DNA of 57,384 nucleotides, filler included, from Sphacelaria rigidula (taxonomy: Eukaryota): the NCBI GenBank assembly GCA_964200075.2. It is 6 parts of 6 records of this genome, joined end to end, with 100 filler letters (N's around TTAATTAATTAA, not from the genome) between each part and the next. Parts side by side here need not be neighbours in the genome. Positions count along the whole stretch, not along the records: positions 19,163 to 28,643 come from CAXNAA020008395.1; positions 28,744 to 38,224 come from CAXNAA020008396.1; positions 38,325 to 47,804 come from CAXNAA020008397.1; 3 more parts are not named here. One strand, written 5' to 3'. The notes below the pieces were generated by a model that had not been told where the DNA came from, made no database searches, and saw only the letters and a program-made list of their open reading frames with translations. Positions 26,201-38,526 of the stretch are shown in pieces. A program made the translations under genes and the position numbers. Within the stretch, counting starts at the first letter, position 1. Each line of letters begins with the position of its first letter.

Positions 26201-27380
26201 TATGACGAGTCCAAATGTTCGCGTTTACAGGGGGGGCTGTTTCAGCCATCACTGCAGTTATGCAGACATGGAGTGCAAAACGGTGTAGAAGACAGTTCCT
26301 CTTGCGTGCGCTGTCGTTGAAGCTTGTACGTTTTAGATCCATCTGGGGCCGCCGTCTCTTGTTTCTCCCGTGCTTGACGGTCACATAGCCTGTTTGTCTT
26401 TGGCGCTGTTCTGCTCTTGCTCCGACGGTAAGGTTGGGCGAGGATATGGGTTGCATGGGCTTTGTGCGGTACGATTTTGACACAAAAACTAGAGGATGCA
26501 ATGTGCCATGTTTTTGTCGCCGTTTGAGCGCAATCATTTTTCACGTTTTGTCGTCCACCTGTTTTTTGTCGTGAAAATTTCCTATGAACCAGCTTTCATT
26601 GCACGTTTTGGGCTGTAGTCTGTGTCGGTGCGGTGGTCGAGTGATTGCTTACAACAGGTGGAGAGTATGTCGTTCCCTGTTTCGCTGTTGGCCCAAAGTC
26701 GCCTGATGGCTGTAGGTTGTAAATTTTTCCCAGAGGACTTGTTGGTCTTGTGCTTGGTCCCTCGGGTGCGGCGTTGTATTTCGATTCGACTCTTCCTTTC
26801 ATGCTACTCGGTAGTTTAGTACCGCCACTCTTGATTTTTGTTGCTTATTGGTGATGTATTTTTATGACTCTGTTTCTGCTTATCTGCTGTGTGTCCTTTG
26901 TAATCTAAAGCGGTGTTGAGAGCACTCATTTGTGTCTCAAAACAACCTGCCGGGTGTTGTACCATAACATGCGCCGATATCACTTGTCGGAATCTGTCCT
27001 ATTTTTTCAGGGGAGTCCGTGGTCTTGACTTTGAAGTTGCGATCATGAAGACGGGCACGTTGTTTTTGACGTATCGAGAGGAGTAGTGCCGAATGGTTGG
27101 AGGTGAAGGTACAGTATGAATTTACGCGTTTGTGCTTGCTACTTGTTCACCATTGTTATGTATGTCCTGTTCAACCAAGCATGATACTTATGCCAATGCC
27201 GACTCCATGTCTGACTCGACGTTTGTCGGCAGATGCACAGAGTTGCTAGCCATACGGTGTCGGCTTATTCTTGGTTCCCTGGAGTCGTCACAGCTATTCA
27301 TGTCCTTTTTATCACATGTAACCCTCATTTCGACGTACGCGTCAAATATTGACCTATGGCAACAGAGCACACCGGTGAAA
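20285..27380 (+). pseudogene. Unidentified decayed spliced coding region (possibly transposon-borne)
   Basis: Repeated GC-richer blocks bounded by YAG/GT (around 20828-21052, 21088-21288, 22585-22899, 23513-23621 and 27180-27374). No frame stays open across them. Confidence 0.25.
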
Positions 27381-28643
27381 TAAATGCTGTGTATGCATGT
27401 AAAGGCGTGGCACAAAGCAACATGAACACTACACGTCACTCGAAGCACCGTAGGAGTTACGTATTCCATCGTATGACGGGCAAATAGTTATTATAATCTT
27501 CGAATTGGTTGTTGTCTCGGGCCATTTTAGATTCTGCATTGGCTTACCATGACACAAGAGTGTTTCGTTTTTCTAGAAAATATTTTAGGAACCTATCAGA
27601 GCTTTTCAAGAACCAGCCCGAAACGTGACCCTTCCCACATACTTGAATCCCTGCTGTTGAAAAACAGAAGTCCTACAATATACATAGCAGTACAGAGTAC
27701 TACACTGAGCACAACAAGGAAGTCCTTACACCCTGACTTTTAAGGCATGCCTTACTTTTTGACTTGGAGCCCCTTTTCAGAAAGGGGTTGCCTGAGAGGG
27801 GGTTATGGCGCCTGAGATGCCTTGTCTGGGCGAGCCTCGGTATCACGAAAACGGGAATAAGGCAAAGCAGTGACAAACGCCAACTTTCATCAAGAGGGGG
27901 TTGGGGTTATTTTTCGTACGGGCCTCCTTCATAAACAATCACACAGCGACAAGCAGACAATAGACCATCTTTAACGTCAAGCTACTATGTTGCATTGCTA
28001 TGCAGTCGCGTACTGCTGCCAGTATACCACCATTCTGACAGTCCAACGGGATCATGTCTGCGGTAAAGAGTCGAAGGTTCTGCACCTGCTGCATCACCCA
28101 CCACTCCAGCTGCCGCTTTCGAGACACCGCTGCAACATTGGGAAGTGCAGCCGCCTGGAACAGCCCCGTCCCCGGTCCTTGTCCAAGAAAAAAAATTCAG
28201 TCTCAACCAACCATGCAACCATCCATCCTCAAACAATCTTCGAAGAATAAATGAATAAACTATCATATACTCCCTCTGTCGGAAAGCATGAGTTCCATTT
28301 GGGAATTCGGAATAAAAGGTCGGTTTGTCGTTCAGAGCGTTGCAATGAGGTTTTTGGGCTCATTTGTTTTTGTCGCGCTCCCAATGGTGGTGCTGTTGAA
28401 CCAAAATGAGATAAAACAGGGGATGGTTTGTTTTCATCATAGATTTTTTGGTCCTAGACGAATATGCCGAAGATCTGGTCAGTGAGGAAAAAACCGTGTC
28501 GTTTTCCGTCAGTTACGTGGCGAGGCAATCGTTTTTTTTCCCTTGTTCTTTTTCCGTGGAATCTTGGCTCTAGAGGGAAATGTACCAATTAAGATACAGA
28601 GCCAATTAAGATACAAGTTTTTTGAATCGTTCATATCTTCGCG

Positions 28644-28743
28644 NNNNNNNNNNNNNNNNNNNNNNNNNNNNNNNNNNNNNNNNNNNNTTAATTAATTAAN
28701 NNNNNNNNNNNNNNNNNNNNNNNNNNNNNNNNNNNNNNNNNNN
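28644..28743. other. Artificial contig linker
   Basis: Same 100-nt N/TTAATTAATTAA/N structure. Confidence 0.98.
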
Positions 28744-28849
28744 GTGAATCTTTGTGAATCGGCATCACTTTGACTTGAAAATGACTGAAAATGATGCCAA
28801 TTCACCAACACAACAATCAGCACTCCCTGAGGGTCTAGTCCCCAAAGGG
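28744..28849. mobile_element. piggyBac-type MITE, partial (left end lost at contig start)
   Basis: Ends CCCAAAGGG-TTGA; core gaatcggcatcactttgacttgaaaatgactgaaaatgatgcc is shared with 48288-48406. Confidence 0.7.
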
Positions 28850-28852
28850 TTG

Positions 28853-28981
28853 AATATTATTTTCAATATTATTTTTAATGTTATTATTAATATTATTATC
28901 AATATTATTACATTATCAATATTATTATCAATATTATCATCAATATTATTATCAATATTTATTAATATTATCAATATTATT
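28853..28981 (+). repeat. AT-rich low-complexity repeat (aatattatt/atc units)
   Basis: Imperfect 9-12 bp tandem units seen directly. Confidence 0.85.
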
Positions 28982-29422
28982 TTGCTCGTCACATTAGCTC
29001 CATCTCTCGAACCCGTGGTCACAGAGTGCAAGGAACATATCACCCATACCCATAACTCAAACAACCCGCAGAGGAAGGAAAGAAACGAAACATCTACACG
29101 AAAAGGGGCACCTACACTACGCGGCCTACAGTCCCCTTTTTTGGCAATGCTTCTTGTTTGCAGACTGACTGCTCTACTACCGTGTCGAGGATGCTGCGGA
29201 CTACCATGGTACGCTATGCAGTTAGATTTATATATCGTAAATTGGGCTAATATGCGGGAAAAAGAATAAAAATAACAGCAATAGTATCAAGAACTAAAAC
29301 AATAGCAGAGAGCCTAAGCCATCAGCCATCTTGAACGCACCATTTTTTTTTGTCGTGTGTTCTTTCTCGTCGTCCTTTGTATCTCTCTTTTTTCTTTTTC
29401 TCTTCGTTTTTCGGCCCAAAAG

Positions 29423-31399
29423 GTAAACCACTTGAGCATGACTCCGACAAGAATCCTACTGGCCATGTACTACAGTGCCTCGGAAGGTCGAACACCGGTG
29501 AGTCGAGCCTTTGGGCGCCATGTGCTCTGTAATAAATAGGACCCCTCGGGCGAACCAGCGACAATGAATCAACAGCAGGGACACTCTCCTGTTCTGTTTT
29601 GCTTCTGTTATTCTCGTCTTTCCCTTTGTTTTTGTGGGCTCGTTTTTGACCCTATCATCCGTTGGTCCTTGTCGCGTCGTCTTACCGTGCCTTTGCCTTT
29701 GCCTTGCCCTGTCCTGACTTGCTCGGTATGCCGACCTTTGTAGTTTCTCTATATTGGCTTCTTGTCTTCTCACGTTCCTTGTGCCTTTTTTTAGACCATT
29801 TTTTTTGGCAACGAATCTCGATTTTTTTGAGACCCCGATTGATTTTGAAGATTTTGGGGGGACTCAAATTCGCGAACTCCAAATTCCGGAGACCGTTTTA
29901 TGGTACAGGCAGTATCACAGATTTGTGAAACAGTTCTGTACGCAGACAAGTAATTTTATGCATGGGTGTGGTATTGCGTACTCGTGCATGAAGCTGAAGA
30001 GCAGGCAGGCGGTGAATTATCCTTCGAGTGCAGTGTCGTACCATGGTACCCTAGGGTAATACAGCGCAGGACACTCTGTCATTACAGTGCATGATAATGC
30101 CGTGTGGTAATACATGATGGCACAGTCGGCATTGCGACAACAGTGAACAAGCAGACAGTGCGCGAGCGGAGTTCAGTAGTGCAGTGTCATACATTACTCT
30201 TCAAGTACAGCGACAACAGAGTAAGAGAGTACAGTACCGTTCGTTATAGTGATGAATATGGCGGCGCAGAGCAGGATAAAATATTACCATCGCCGTAGGT
30301 TACGGCGGCAGCACTTATGATCCGCTTGTCAAACCCTGTGCGAAGCTGCCTCAGCAGCTGGCGCGGGCAGGCACGCCCTGCGCCATCACGAGACTGTCTT
30401 TTGCTGCGGTTGCAACGTATCAAAGGCCTCGTACCCTACCATTATACATCGATGCAGGCACGTCATCTCCTAAAAATCAGGGGGAGTCACGATCTCGGAA
30501 CGATTCCCCCCGATTTTTTCGAAAAAATCGGGGCCCATAAAATACATTCCCCAATTTGTTTTCCTCCGATGTTGAAAAAAACGAGATTGATGACTGCCAT
30601 AAAAAATGGTCTTGAAAGTGTCAACGTGAGATTTAAACGATCGTGGCGTGAAGAAAAATGGTACATTGGATGGTAGCCAGAAAACGATGGCTATACTAGA
30701 AGATAGATGGTGGCCACAGATGGCGAAACAGCAACAGGAAAAGATACGTGTAAGGTTCTTGTGTAATGTATGAAAAAAACGTGATGAGCGCCCAAATGAT
30801 GCGGGGCTCTCTATGAGGAATAGGAAGGGTGCTCCGTCTCGAAAGGGATGTGTGGTCAAAGGTGAAATGACTAAAGCAAGCGACAAATTAGTTTCCTCCC
30901 CGCCCCTAAGCAGATGATAAGTAGGAACGGTGCTCCGTCTCGAAAGGAATGCGTGGTCAATGTCAAATGACTAAGGCAAGCCACAAATGAGTACGCCCCC
31001 TCAAGCAGGTCATGTATCTATGCTGTCAAGATACGATGATGCATGTGCGCCGAACCGACCGAACACAATCGACGTTTCCCCTTGTCCTTGTGGCCGATTC
31101 TTCAGAAAGCAAGCAAGATGGCACAGTTTGCTTTGCCGCGGCGGCTGTCGCCCAGGTCTGGACCGACACTGATCTGTCACGATAATCCTACAGATCCCCT
31201 GGCGCCCATGCCATCGCCAGATGCCCCGGAGTCGTTCAAGTTCCGAACCCACGTGGCGGTGAGTTGGTTAATTGCTCCGCGGTTATAGTTTTCACGCGCC
31301 AAGGTAAAACGCTTTCCGTTCCAAAACGGGATGAAAGCGGTAAAATCAATGCAGAGTGTCCTTCCTGAGTGTGTATCGTAGCGTAACATAGCAGGCCCT

Positions 31400-31443
<44 letters not shown>

Positions 31444-34400
31444 TTACTATTAATGATGATAGCACCGAGGCGAGAAGATACTGTAAGATTACCTCAAAGC
31501 TTTCCTTCTTTATCTGTTTGTGTTGAATTGCTCCCCTTCCTCTGGGAAGACGCCTGTAGTATCCCGTAGTATCGAGGGGTCCACGAACCCATCCTCTCCC
31601 CCCCAGTACTGACAACGTGAGAGCTGCAATCAGTGGTGTAACATTCACATGGCTCAGACAATTGTGCAGATGAACAAGCACGAGGCTACTGAGCGACAAC
31701 ATCAAAGCTGAAAAACATCACCCCCCCCCTCCCCATCCCATTTCCTTTGAGGGTTGGCGTCGGTTGGCGACGATGCTGTAAAACACGCCACTCGCCTCGT
31801 GAGGCACCCAACCAGGTTACCGTTTTTTGGTCCTTTCCCTTGCGTTTTTTTGCGGTAGCCGTGATGGTGATCGAGTTAGATCCTTTTGTGCGGAGCGGAT
31901 AACCTCAACCCCCCGCAAAGAGGATGCGTACTACGTGGCGTTTTAATGGTGAGACGCCCATGAGGCAGTGTAACCCGTAGCTGTCTCTGGATATGGCGAT
32001 ACCGGAAAAAGAAGCACCTCATTCGAGGCGGCCATCCATATGCAAGGATAATTGTATTTAGTACGCTTAGAGCCGAACAATCTCAGCAGGATGCAGGTCA
32101 CCCCTCATGTGACTCGCCTAACACATCACAGCCCTTCGCACTTGGTGATTGATTGCGAGCTGGTCCGGCAAAGATCCGGCGTGCTCCGTCCCGGCTGTGT
32201 AGGGATGCAAGGTCAATTGCCTTATGACTACAGCGTGCAAGATCATGAGTACCCCCCTCCCCCTCTCGCTCCCTCCCCATAAAAGCACCTTTGATACATC
32301 CATATTCGTTTGAAGAAGTTAACGTTTGTTTTACCCTAACCCTCTCCCTCCTCTACCCTGCCCTGGCGTCCGCGGCAACACTTCATTTTGGGGGTCCGCG
32401 ATCAAAACACAGGGGGTTACTCTGTCGGACGAATACTTATTGCTGGTGACCAACAGCATGAATGACGCGCCTACTGGAGTGCTGATATCGGACAAGGATG
32501 GCGAGGCTGTTGCCGATCCCTGGACCATTTACGAATTGGATGAAGGCCTGGATCTTCAGATATCAAATGGTTCGTGCTATGATATCATACTTGATTGTGT
32601 TGAGGGAGCAACGGGTGGGGGGGGGGGGCAATAAGTGAGAAGTGATCAAAAAGTGCATGGGTATCATGCGTGAGTTTTGAAAGATGACGAGAAAAAAAGC
32701 GGGCTGAGGAGGGCAGGTGACACGATGAGGTATGCGTGCATTTGATACATTTATGCATATGCCGACGCACTCCGTTGGTTATATCGGAACATTTTTCAAT
32801 GAACAGCTAATGGGGGTGGAAGATGAGGAGGGTCGGGCGAATAACGATTCGTCCGAATATTGCGTGCTTTTACTGTAGTTGATTCGTACCGTACGAATGA
32901 AGTTCTTGGATTTTGTTTTGATCAGCGTTGCACCCACACCCAGGCACGCGCACTCCGGAGACGGACACAGGGAAAAGCGCAACAATTATGTGGAGACTTT
33001 TTTGACCGGCGGTCAACTTCTTTTTTTCCCTTCCCTCTTTCGTGCAATCAGACCTCAGAGATCGTACATTTGGTATTTCGAACTAGCAATGATATTGTCC
33101 GACCCTTTGAAGACTTCACACACTAAACAATATAGTGTCACTAGATGCAACAGGCCTATACTCTACCCAGAAGATTTATTGCTCATTGCATCTATTGACC
33201 ATATATTGTCATTGTCTAGGGTGTGGAAGATTTGCCGGTTGAAATCCCGACAGGTTCGTAATGTTTCCGAGGAAAAACTGTGTTTTTTTTTTCCGTCGTT
33301 GAAAACATGAGGACGCGATGGGGTGCAGTAGTGCTGGCCCAATGATCAACAGTGCACGATAACAGAATGGCGGGCATGTGGCGGGGTAGAGATGGGTTGA
33401 TTGATCGATTACTCGAGACAAATGACCGGTTTCCCGGGGGACGGGACAGGCTGGTTCACGCTCATCACCCAAAGTTGTGTCATCAGCAAATGCCTTCCGC
33501 AATACCCACCCAATAGTCGTACACATGCTATCATACTGACCGCAATGAACAGACGAAGAGGGTGACACAGCCGGATTTTCGTGGAAGGCCATAACGGTGG
33601 TACTTAATGCGAATAGGTAACCTCGCCCAATCAGCGCCCGTCAAATTGTTCTGAAATTGAAGACACGACTTCTCATCCCAATTCCTACCCAATCTTCACA
33701 TACTCCGAATCGTAGTGATCGCCATCAACTTGGGAATCTCACAGAAGAAATAAATTTCGAAACGATCAAAGTGGGATTGAGTCATACCTCGAACCGTGAT
33801 ATTTCGTGATGTGAGGTTTTGGCGTTGTTGGATCCGTTTGATGATTCGCACGAAAGATCCAGAAATTTTTCTCTTATGTCTATCGTAGGCAAGCTCAGAT
33901 CGCCCTCAAACTTGGCAGTTCCGTAGGTATTGGTGCTCTAAATGGAAAAAAACAACATATGTTTTGTTGGCAAAAATTGGAAGTTTCTCCGCTTTTCACC
34001 GGCTTTGGGGGGTCTTTACGCGGAGACCCCCCGGAAGACGGTACAGAATGCCTCAAAGAAGGAAGAATTCCAAATAAGATGCATACAAAGTTTGTTTGCG
34101 AAACACGAAACCCTCATAACAGTGTTTCTCAACATTCCCGAAACACGTCGGCATACTAAAATTAAGTAGTTGGGCGTTTGCACGTTTCAACGTCACTTCG
34201 TCGCACAAAAGCGTGAAACTTCACGCCGTTTTCAGCAGTCAGATACTGAAAATTTGCACACTCGTACTATATGCCATTGAAAAACTTTCGATGAACATAT
34301 ATTTTTTCCTTCACCGGGTTTTGAGGGTCTCACGTGGTCCAACGTCTCCAAGAAGTTCCCCGAAAACCCTGGGACCCCCGAAAACTGGTGAGAAATCGTG

Positions 34401-37400
34401 AAGTAAAGAAAACCTCGACCTTCTAAAGTGGCCTAATGACCCTTATCAACATTTTTCAATTTTTCAGGGCATAACTCCTGAACACGGCGTGAAGCTCTGC
34501 GGGTTAATCTTTTTTAGGTTGATAAGATTGAACCAGCCTGCCGGGATGAAAAAACAAAAGTGTAGACGGGGGAAAATGACAGGAAAATCGATGATACAGG
34601 TAACCACGAGCTGGACTGTTGAAATATCCGGGTGACGGGGCAATTCGGTGATGCTCTCGTTACAAAGGCGTCGTTCTTTTGTGGCAGGGATGCTTGATGT
34701 TTTCTCAAGTACACATGAGCCAAGGAAAAGACCCCATAGGGTCCTTTCCTTCTGTGTATATTGAGTCACGCGTCACGATTTCCCCGTACAACGGTAAGCC
34801 AAGGAAAGGATCCTCGTGACACAGTGCCAGCGGTAGGGCACTCTCGACTCAAAACTCTTCAATGCTGTCAGAATATTGAATCCTGACTCATCGAAAGCTT
34901 GGGTAGGTCTTGTGTTGTGAAGTTCCCATAGCCCTCCTCCCTGACCGTTTAAAATCTGAAATGAAACCCATTCGACCACTCTGCCCCCCCCTCCCCGTCC
35001 GCCCCCCACCGCTGATAAAACACCCTCTTTTTAGGTGACTATCCTCGGAGTCTATGTCTTTCCGAGTCGTGTTCGAGGCCAATTCCTCCGCAAAATATGC
35101 GCTGCGAAGGGTTTCCACCGTCTCCTTTGGCGTTCGTGTTGACCAGCGAAGGGTATCTCCATTGCTACGCGGTTATTCACCCGAGGAACCCCGCCACCGG
35201 AAAGCGCCGCGCCTCGGTGCAGCCGGTGATGTCCCTCGAACCAGAATCCCCAGCGACAGAAGCGGGGCACGAAGAAAAGGGAAAAGGCGGAGCTGAGGAC
35301 GTTGAAACCGAAGACGGCGCCGACGCCGGAGAATCGAGCGACACCAGTCCCTCGGTCCCCGTCGCGCCCGCCGCAGCCTCTGCGGCGTCGGGCTCCATCG
35401 CCGGTGGTATTTTCGGGGGCGGGATCGCGGGAGCCCTCACGTTTGGATCCGGAAAGCTGGTGGACCCCACGGACCCGGCCAAGAAAGCTGCGGGCGTTGC
35501 TAGCGGGGGGTTCTCGTTTGGGAGCTTTTCTGCGGCGCCTGCACCACGGTCCACATTGGGATCTAAGCCTTCGTTCGGGTCCTCCGCTGCCGCGCCTGCG
35601 CCGGGGGCGGCAGCCGGGTCGAAGCCTTTGTTCGGGGCCTTTACTACGGCGCCCGCGCCGGGATCGGTTGCTGAATCTAAGCCTTCGTTCGGGGCTTTTT
35701 CTGCGGCGCCTGCGCCGGGGGCGACAGCGGGATCCAAGCCTTCGTTCGGGACCTTTGCTGCGGCGCCCGCGCTTGGGGCGCCAGCGGGATCCAAGCCTTC
35801 GTTCGGGACCTTTGGCGCGGCGCCCGCGCCGGGGGCAGCAGCGGGATCCAAGCCTTCGTTCGGGAGCTTCACAGCCCCTGGGAGTGGTACGGGTGGAGCA
35901 AAGTTCGGGACGTTTGGTTTGCCGGCATCAACCGAGAGCACGACCGGTGTTTTTGGCAGTAAGCCCGCGTCGACGGCGGCGGCAGCACCATCTGGCGAAG
36001 CGAAGGAAGCGAAGAAGGCGCCGACCTCGGGTGTCGCGAGTCAGTTCAAGCCCGCCACCGCCGCAAAGACGGGCTCCAAGTCAATCGTGAAGCCAGCGAC
36101 GAAATCGGGCAAATCTACTGGTTCGTCCTCGGCGTACCCGCCGTTCTGCTCGACGGCGCCTTCAGAGTTCAAGGCAACCCCAGCACCAGCACCACCAGCG
36201 GCGGCGACGGCAAAGCCCGCACAAAAACAAACATCAGCACCAGTGCCTCCTTCGTCTTCCTCCGCCAGCGTGGGCTACCCACCGATGAGCAAGAGTGCCC
36301 CTTCCGAGGTCGATGCAACAGCTAAACCCGCGTCAAAAGTGCCCGCACCGGCAGTATCGACTTCTACGGCGGGGTACCCGCCAATGAGCTCGAAGGCTCC
36401 CTCGGAGCCGCTGTCAACACCGACGGCCGCGGCGAAATCCTCTGGGAAGTCGTCGTCATCTTTCCCCCCCATGAGCGCTGTCGCTCCTTCTGAGGTGCAT
36501 GCGCAGGCAAAGGCGCCCGCTGCCTCGCCGTTTTCATTCACGAAGCCTGCGACAAGCGCACGAGCACCTGCTCCCGCATCCTTTGGGTTCGGCGTGTCGA
36601 CCGCCGCCTCCAAAGCATCCGTGAAGCCTACCGCAGCGGGGTCTGGTTATCCCCCGATGGGCACGAGGGCGCCATCCGTGTTCAACGCACCCGCAAAATC
36701 AGTTGCAGCGTCGGCGGCGACGACTTCCGCACCCGCCCCCGCACGAGCTACCTCCTCCGCTGCGTTCCCCCCCATGAGCGGCAAGGCTCCTAAAGAGTTC
36801 AACGCGTTGCAGCCAACCGCCGCAAAGAAATCGGATGCGAAACCGACCGCGAAACCGGCCGCGAAACCGGCCGTCGCACGATCTTCTTCGTCGGCCTTCC
36901 CGCCGATGAGTAGCGTCGGACCCTCCGTGTTCGGTGCGCCCGCAAAGCCAGCAGTGAAGCCGTTCCCCGCGGCAGCGACAATGCCAGCGGCGGGGGTAGA
37001 ACCAGGGTCCAACACCGGTCCGGCCAAGGCATCATCGTCACCGTTTGGGTACCCGCCCACGAGCAAGACTGCTCCAAGCATTTTTGGGTCGCCGCAGCCC
37101 TCGACGGCGAAGTCGATGATCAAGCCTCCCACGCCTTCGCTTTTCGGTACCACCGCAAAGCCGACCCCATTCGGCGCCTCGAGTCCAAACCCTTTTGGCG
37201 GCGGCACAAGTGCGTTTGGAGCGACCTTCGGCGCCGCCAGCACCACAAAACAGTCGACGACTGACACCGCTGCGGCGCCGGTGGCAGCTAATGTTTTTTC
37301 CTCTTCGACTACCTCAACGTTTGGAAGCTTCGGTCAGCCGACCCCGGCCCCCGCCGCCGCACCTGCGACCTCCAGCGCTGTCAACACAAGCACTGCGTCT

Positions 37401-37968
37401 TCAACTTTTGGCTCTCTCGGGGTAAGCGGCGGCAGCGGCGGGAGGGTTGGCGGCGGGAGCAATCCGTTTGTCCCCACGGCACCTGCTGCTCCGGCACCTG
37501 CACCTGCACCTGCTGCTGCATCTACTCCTGCACCTGCCCCTGCACCTGCTCCTGCTCCTGCTCCTGCTGCTTCTACAGCGAATGTTACCGCCCCGACTGG
37601 CGGCAGCAATACAAGCGGCGGGGCCGCAGACAAAGGTGCCATGAAAGACACTGATGCCGACGTCGGCGACAAACACCCGGCAGCGTTCATGACTCCGACT
37701 AGAGGGACCGAAGCGTCCGGTCGTGGTGGAAACGGCGCCGGCGCCGGCCGGGGAGGGGCAAGCGAGGTCGGAAGGGGGCCTGACAGGGCGCCGCCTAGCT
37801 CTAGACGAGGGGGTTCTAGGAAGGATGAGAAAGACAAGCAGTGGCAGCAAGATTTCGGACCTGACGATGACGAGGATGTTGACGCGGAATTTCAAGTGCC
37901 GGCCATTCCTGAGATGCGGACTCCGGCCAGGCGCGGGCGGGGCGGCGGGAGACGCGGTGATGATGTTG
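29423..37968 (+). CDS. NUP214: Nup214/Nup159-like FG nucleoporin, partial (4 internal exons; both ends off-contig)
   Basis: Exons 29423-29497 (VNHLSMTPTRILLAMYYSASEGRTP), 31106-31258, 32413-32569 (EYLLLVTNSMNDAPTGVLISDKDGEAVADPWTIYELDEG) and 35035-37968 join in phase with AG/GT ends. The start of the large exon (DYPRSLCLSE...FPPSPLAFVLTSEGYLHCYAV) resembles the last blade of the Nup214 beta-propeller as I recall it ([21 protein letters not shown]). A long A/P/S/T-rich region with PSFG and FG repeats follows. Confidence 0.75.
29794..30611. mobile_element. Non-autonomous TIR element (PIF/Harbinger-like) in a nucleoporin intron
   Basis: Left end tta-GACCATT(T)nGGCAACGAATCTCG, right end CGAGATTGATGACTGCCATAAAAAATGGTC-ttg. 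The TIR is related to that of 55253-55722. Confidence 0.6.
30820..31012 (+). repeat. Intronic tandem duplication of about 100 bp
   Basis: taggaa(g/c)ggtgctccgtctcgaaagg...aaatgactaa(a/g)gcaagc(g/c)acaaat occurs twice. Confidence 0.85.
31401..31450 (+). repeat. (ACT)n microsatellite
   Basis: About 14 perfect ACT units. Confidence 0.95.
35559..35880 (+). repeat. Coding tandem repeat: six 57-nt (19-aa) GSKPSFG units, the last one truncated
   Basis: GSKPSFGSSAAAPAPGAAA, GSKPLFGAFTTAPAPGSVA, ESKPSFGAFSAAPAPGATA, GSKPSFGTFAAAPALGAPA, GSKPSFGTFGAAPAPGAAA, GSKPSFGSFT. Confidence 0.9.
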
Positions 37969-38124
37969 GTGAGAGTCGTTATTTACAACGGTTCCTCGCG
38001 TTCTCGTTTTTGCGGGTCATGGCGTGTCTATCCCCCATACCTGAGGGTTGTGTTTTTTTTTTGCCGCCGGTGACTGCTATCCCTGAGAGGCTGCTGTAGT
38101 ATCCGCATCTTAAGTAAACTGTGT

Positions 38125-38160
<36 letters not shown>

Positions 38161-38224
38161 ACAACACTCCCCCCCCCCCACAATACTTATTATATTTTTA
38201 GTACGAACGAAATGAGAAAAACGC

Positions 38225-38324
38225 NNNNNNNNNNNNNNNNNNNNNNNNNNNNNNNNNNNNNNNNNNNNTTAATTAATTAANNNNNNNNNNNNNNNNNNNN
38301 NNNNNNNNNNNNNNNNNNNNNNNN
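38225..38324. other. Artificial contig linker
   Basis: Same 100-nt N/TTAATTAATTAA/N structure. Confidence 0.98.
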
Positions 38325-38526
38325 CGGTCCACACCTACGTGATAAAAATAAATAAAAACAAACCTGGGGTTTAAGCGTAAACAATCCTGTCGTTCTTGCT
38401 TTTATCCCTGAGTTCTGCCTATTTTTCCGAAACTCTCTATTTTCTTCTCAGAGATATCTCAAACTCGAGGTCCCTGAAATATATTACCAAAACGTTTGTG
38501 TGAAATATATACCACACGTCGGACGA

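Noticed and set aside
28754..29269. 171-aa ORF with an apparent transmembrane I/N-rich segment
   Set aside because: Reads through a MITE and an AT-rich simple repeat inside an intron.
33590..34770. Additional intronic transposon with an internal inverted repeat (~33985-34015 vs ~34370-34405)
   Set aside because: Looks repeat-derived, but I could not define termini or a TSD.
35177..37895. Long minus-strand and alternative-frame ORFs overlapping the nucleoporin exon
   Set aside because: Shadows of GC-rich repetitive coding sequence.
37969..38099. C-terminus of the 1000-aa ORF (ESRYLQRFLAFSF...)
   Set aside because: Composition changes abruptly after a G/GTGAGA donor at 37969; most likely intron read-through.
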